Shown here piece by piece: positions 61,987 to 64,000 of a stretch of 64,000 bases of DNA. The number at the start of each line of letters is the position of its first letter. Within the stretch, counting starts at the first letter, position 1. Source of the stretch: Candidatus Latescibacterota bacterium (GTDB lineage: Bacteria; Latescibacterota; CBDEFO01); contig CBDEFO010000007.1 of assembly GCA_965237525.1 (NCBI GenBank), forward strand, positions 128,001-192,000. The letters run 5' to 3'. The translations under genes and the position numbers were made by a program. The notes under the pieces were generated by a model. It was not told the origin of the DNA. It did not search any database and worked only from the letters and a program-made list of their open reading frames with translations.

Positions 61987-62888
61987 CTAAGTTCATACAG
62001 AAAGTGGACGAATGGGCATATAGAGACCGCGAAAATCTAAAAAAGATGGGATGCGAACCGATTTATCATGAAAAACACTATCCGGAAAGAGCCGCCGTTG
62101 TGGATTTTGTACGAAACGCTAACATTAGCTCAAGCTATTATCCATGGGGAAAACCCCTCCGATACGGAGATTTCCATCATTTCCGGCCTGTCCAGGTATT
62201 CATAAGCCCAGATATGCTCTTTGATGAGCCTATAGATTACCTGGAGAAAAGGGCGCAGGAATTGGGCGACGAGATAGGCTGTCTATTTAGGGATGGCCAC
62301 AGAGAGCGTATGGATATTGTACGTAGGTACTATGAGGATTTATTTCCCGAACTTCTTAAAAAAAATAGCTGGCTTTTCGATAGCAAGGAATCACTATTAA
62401 GTCTAAAGAGAAATTGGAAAAGAAAGAAACTTGGACTTGATCAATTATGGAGGGATTTTGATGACATTATGAAAAAGGCAAATGAGTTAATTAGAGAGAT
62501 TGAACGATCTATTGAAGCCGCCAGGAAAGATATTTCACAAGCTTATCCTGTACCAATACCAGATCCCGTTACTGGAGAACTGCTTTGGTCCCGTATGGAA
62601 TTATCAGAAGTCCTTACGGAAAACCAGGGGACAGTCTTATTCCGTCTCTTGAGGGGAAAAGAAGTTAAACGCGAAGAGTTTACAACATATAATGGAGATC
62701 CGTTCATGGTTGACCAATTACGACAGGATCTAAGTGCTCTGAGAAAACTATACCCTGGGTTGATCCCCCAAGGGACGACGAGGAAGGAAGGCCACTCCTA
62801 CTACGTAATCGTTGAGAATAAAGCCCTGCAGTACTTCCGTGAAGGTGATCTCAAGCGTATAAGGCAACAGCAGCCAAAGGAAGCATAA
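61938..62888 (+). pseudogene. 3' part of an unknown gene truncated by the IS and fused to 16 IS-derived codons
   Basis: MLVLYYFLNLRVFHKA comes from the IS end; about 300 further open codons have no motif I recognise. Confidence 0.55.
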
Positions 62889-63132
62889 GCCGTGAGCTTC
62901 AAAGTTCCTAATTGGAAAAAGCTTGACATAGGGCGAAGTCATGACAAAATCGAGAAAAATTGGCCGGCTAGTAGGCATAATTATGGTTCTGGTCATCGTG
63001 GGAATAACGATTCTCCTGAGCCAACCCGAAGGTGGTCCCTATCCACTGCGGTGTTCTAAATGAAGTAGAATGTACATGGTAGACCACTACAGCGGCCTAC
63101 TATTTACCTAACCTGGAGGGAGGCAAAAACAA

Positions 63133-64000
63133 ATGGTCCAAGATAACTCTGATACTTCTACCCAGCGCAAAGAAGGCAACGGAAGTCTCCGACGGATTGT
63201 TATCGGCATTATAATCGCTATTGTCATCGGTACTTCGGTGGGCGGTTGGCTGCCGAGGCTCGCGGTGAAGTTCGAGATTCTGGGTGATATGTTTCTGAAT
63301 TCGCTGATGATGATCGTTGTTCCACTTGTTATTTTTTCGATAATCGTTGGGATCACTGGCTTGGGTGATATTCGCAAGATCGGCTCTATTGGAAGGCGGA
63401 CTGTCATATATTACATGGTGACGACAGGTATTTCAGTACTCATTGGCATCATCTTAGTCAACATCATCAGACCGGGCGCAGGTATCTCTCCCGGTGAGGA
63501 GCACGCCGCATTTAACTATACGGTTGGTGGATTGAATAATCGCACTGTCATACTAACAAACAGAACATGGGAAAAGACAAACTATAGCCAGAAGTATCTA
63601 CTTGTTTTGATAGACCAAAAAGTGCAGGGGACCGTTGAGTCCTTCTCGGAAACTTCGGTGACGGTGAAACTCTGGGAACCTCAAGAATCAAGAGATGTAT
63701 TCTATGTCACTGCCGAGGATGGCACACGTCTCCCATTCCGCCGAGTCGGGGGACGATTAGTTTCTGCCGAGCCAGAACTTGCGCCGTCAGGGACGGGTGT
63801 CGAAATCACCTTACCTATCGCTCAAAAAGTGCGCGGTAAAGAGGAGAAAGACATCGGTCGTACGGTGGAAGAAGTCCTCGTCGGAGACAAGGAGACAGGA
63901 AAAGAGGGGTTAATTCCACGCAATCTCTTCAATGCGATGGTGAACACAGCCATACTGCCGTTGATTTTCTTCTCACTTCTATTAGGTGCGACACTTTCGG
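63133..64000 (+). CDS. Dicarboxylate/amino acid:cation symporter (DAACS/GltP family), 5' part
   Basis: Manual translation: LGDMFLNSLMMIVVPLVIFSIIVGI...IGSIGRRTVIYY...VNIIRPGAG ... LIPRNLFNAM...ILPLIFFSLLLG. SD GGAGG; runs off the window. Confidence 0.9.
   Translation, partial: MVQDNSDTSTQRKEGNGSLRRIVIGIIIAIVIGTSVGGWLPRLAVKFEILGDMFLNSLMMIVVPLVIFSIIVGITGLGDIRKIGSIGRRTVIYYMVTTGISVLIGIILVNIIRPGAGISPGEEHAAFNYTVGGLNNRTVILTNRTWEKTNYSQKYLLVLIDQKVQGTVESFSETSVTVKLWEPQESRDVFYVTAEDGTRLPFRRVGGRLVSAEPELAPSGTGVEITLPIAQKVRGKEEKDIGRTVEEVLVGDKETGKEGLIPRNLFNAMVNTAILPLIFFSLLLGATLS

Noticed and set aside
62941..63063. 40-codon hydrophobic ORF MTKSRKIGRLVGII
   Set aside because: No clear SD, and it overlaps a probable promoter of the transporter; may be a fragment.
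1..64000. Genome-wide reassignment of TAG
   Set aside because: Many intact genes (btuF, LytTR regulator, ftsK, sigma factor, FAH hydrolase) end at TAG at the expected length.

Overview
Bacterial chromosomal window from a diderm organism. The lineage is probably FCB-group (Latescibacterota/KSB1-like); this is inferred only from the many 'QNYPNPFNP' FlgD-Ig/T9SS-like tails and 'TWGxIK' tails. From left to right: the 5' half of an arsenosugar-type arsM; a cobalamin-riboswitch-controlled uptake operon (TonB-dependent receptor, secreted beta-propeller, BtuF-like binding protein); a LytS/LytTR pair; a frameshifted dockerin/cohesin protein; and a giant (~2,970 aa when reconstructed) surface-protein gene broken by two IS1182 copies and a 4-bp duplication. 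Next come an IS1380 remnant, a housekeeping block (HIT, S8 protease, lolA, ftsK, glnD, glgC, response regulator, doubly frameshifted GAF/PAS kinase) and an ECF sigma factor divergent from a ~1,940-aa S-layer-like dockerin/cohesin protein with a small cohesin partner. The right part holds a 3.9-kb IS1595 element carrying passengers (beta-barrel OMP and MTase-nuclease fusion), another IS, a CsgG/FlgT-like protein, larA, decayed galU and hicBA, FAH and MBL hydrolases, a BNR propeller, a third IS1182 and a DAACS transporter. Three ~250-bp MITEs share their end with the IS1380, and REP-like palindromes are common. The best novel-system candidates are (i) a cohesin-dockerin surface scaffold using two C-terminal tags, including a short TWGxIK tail, and (ii) a nested mobile hierarchy: IS1380, then MITE, then REP pair, then 21-bp palindrome. 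No CRISPR array, rRNA or tRNA was recognised. All family calls come from motif recognition by eye, not database searches.
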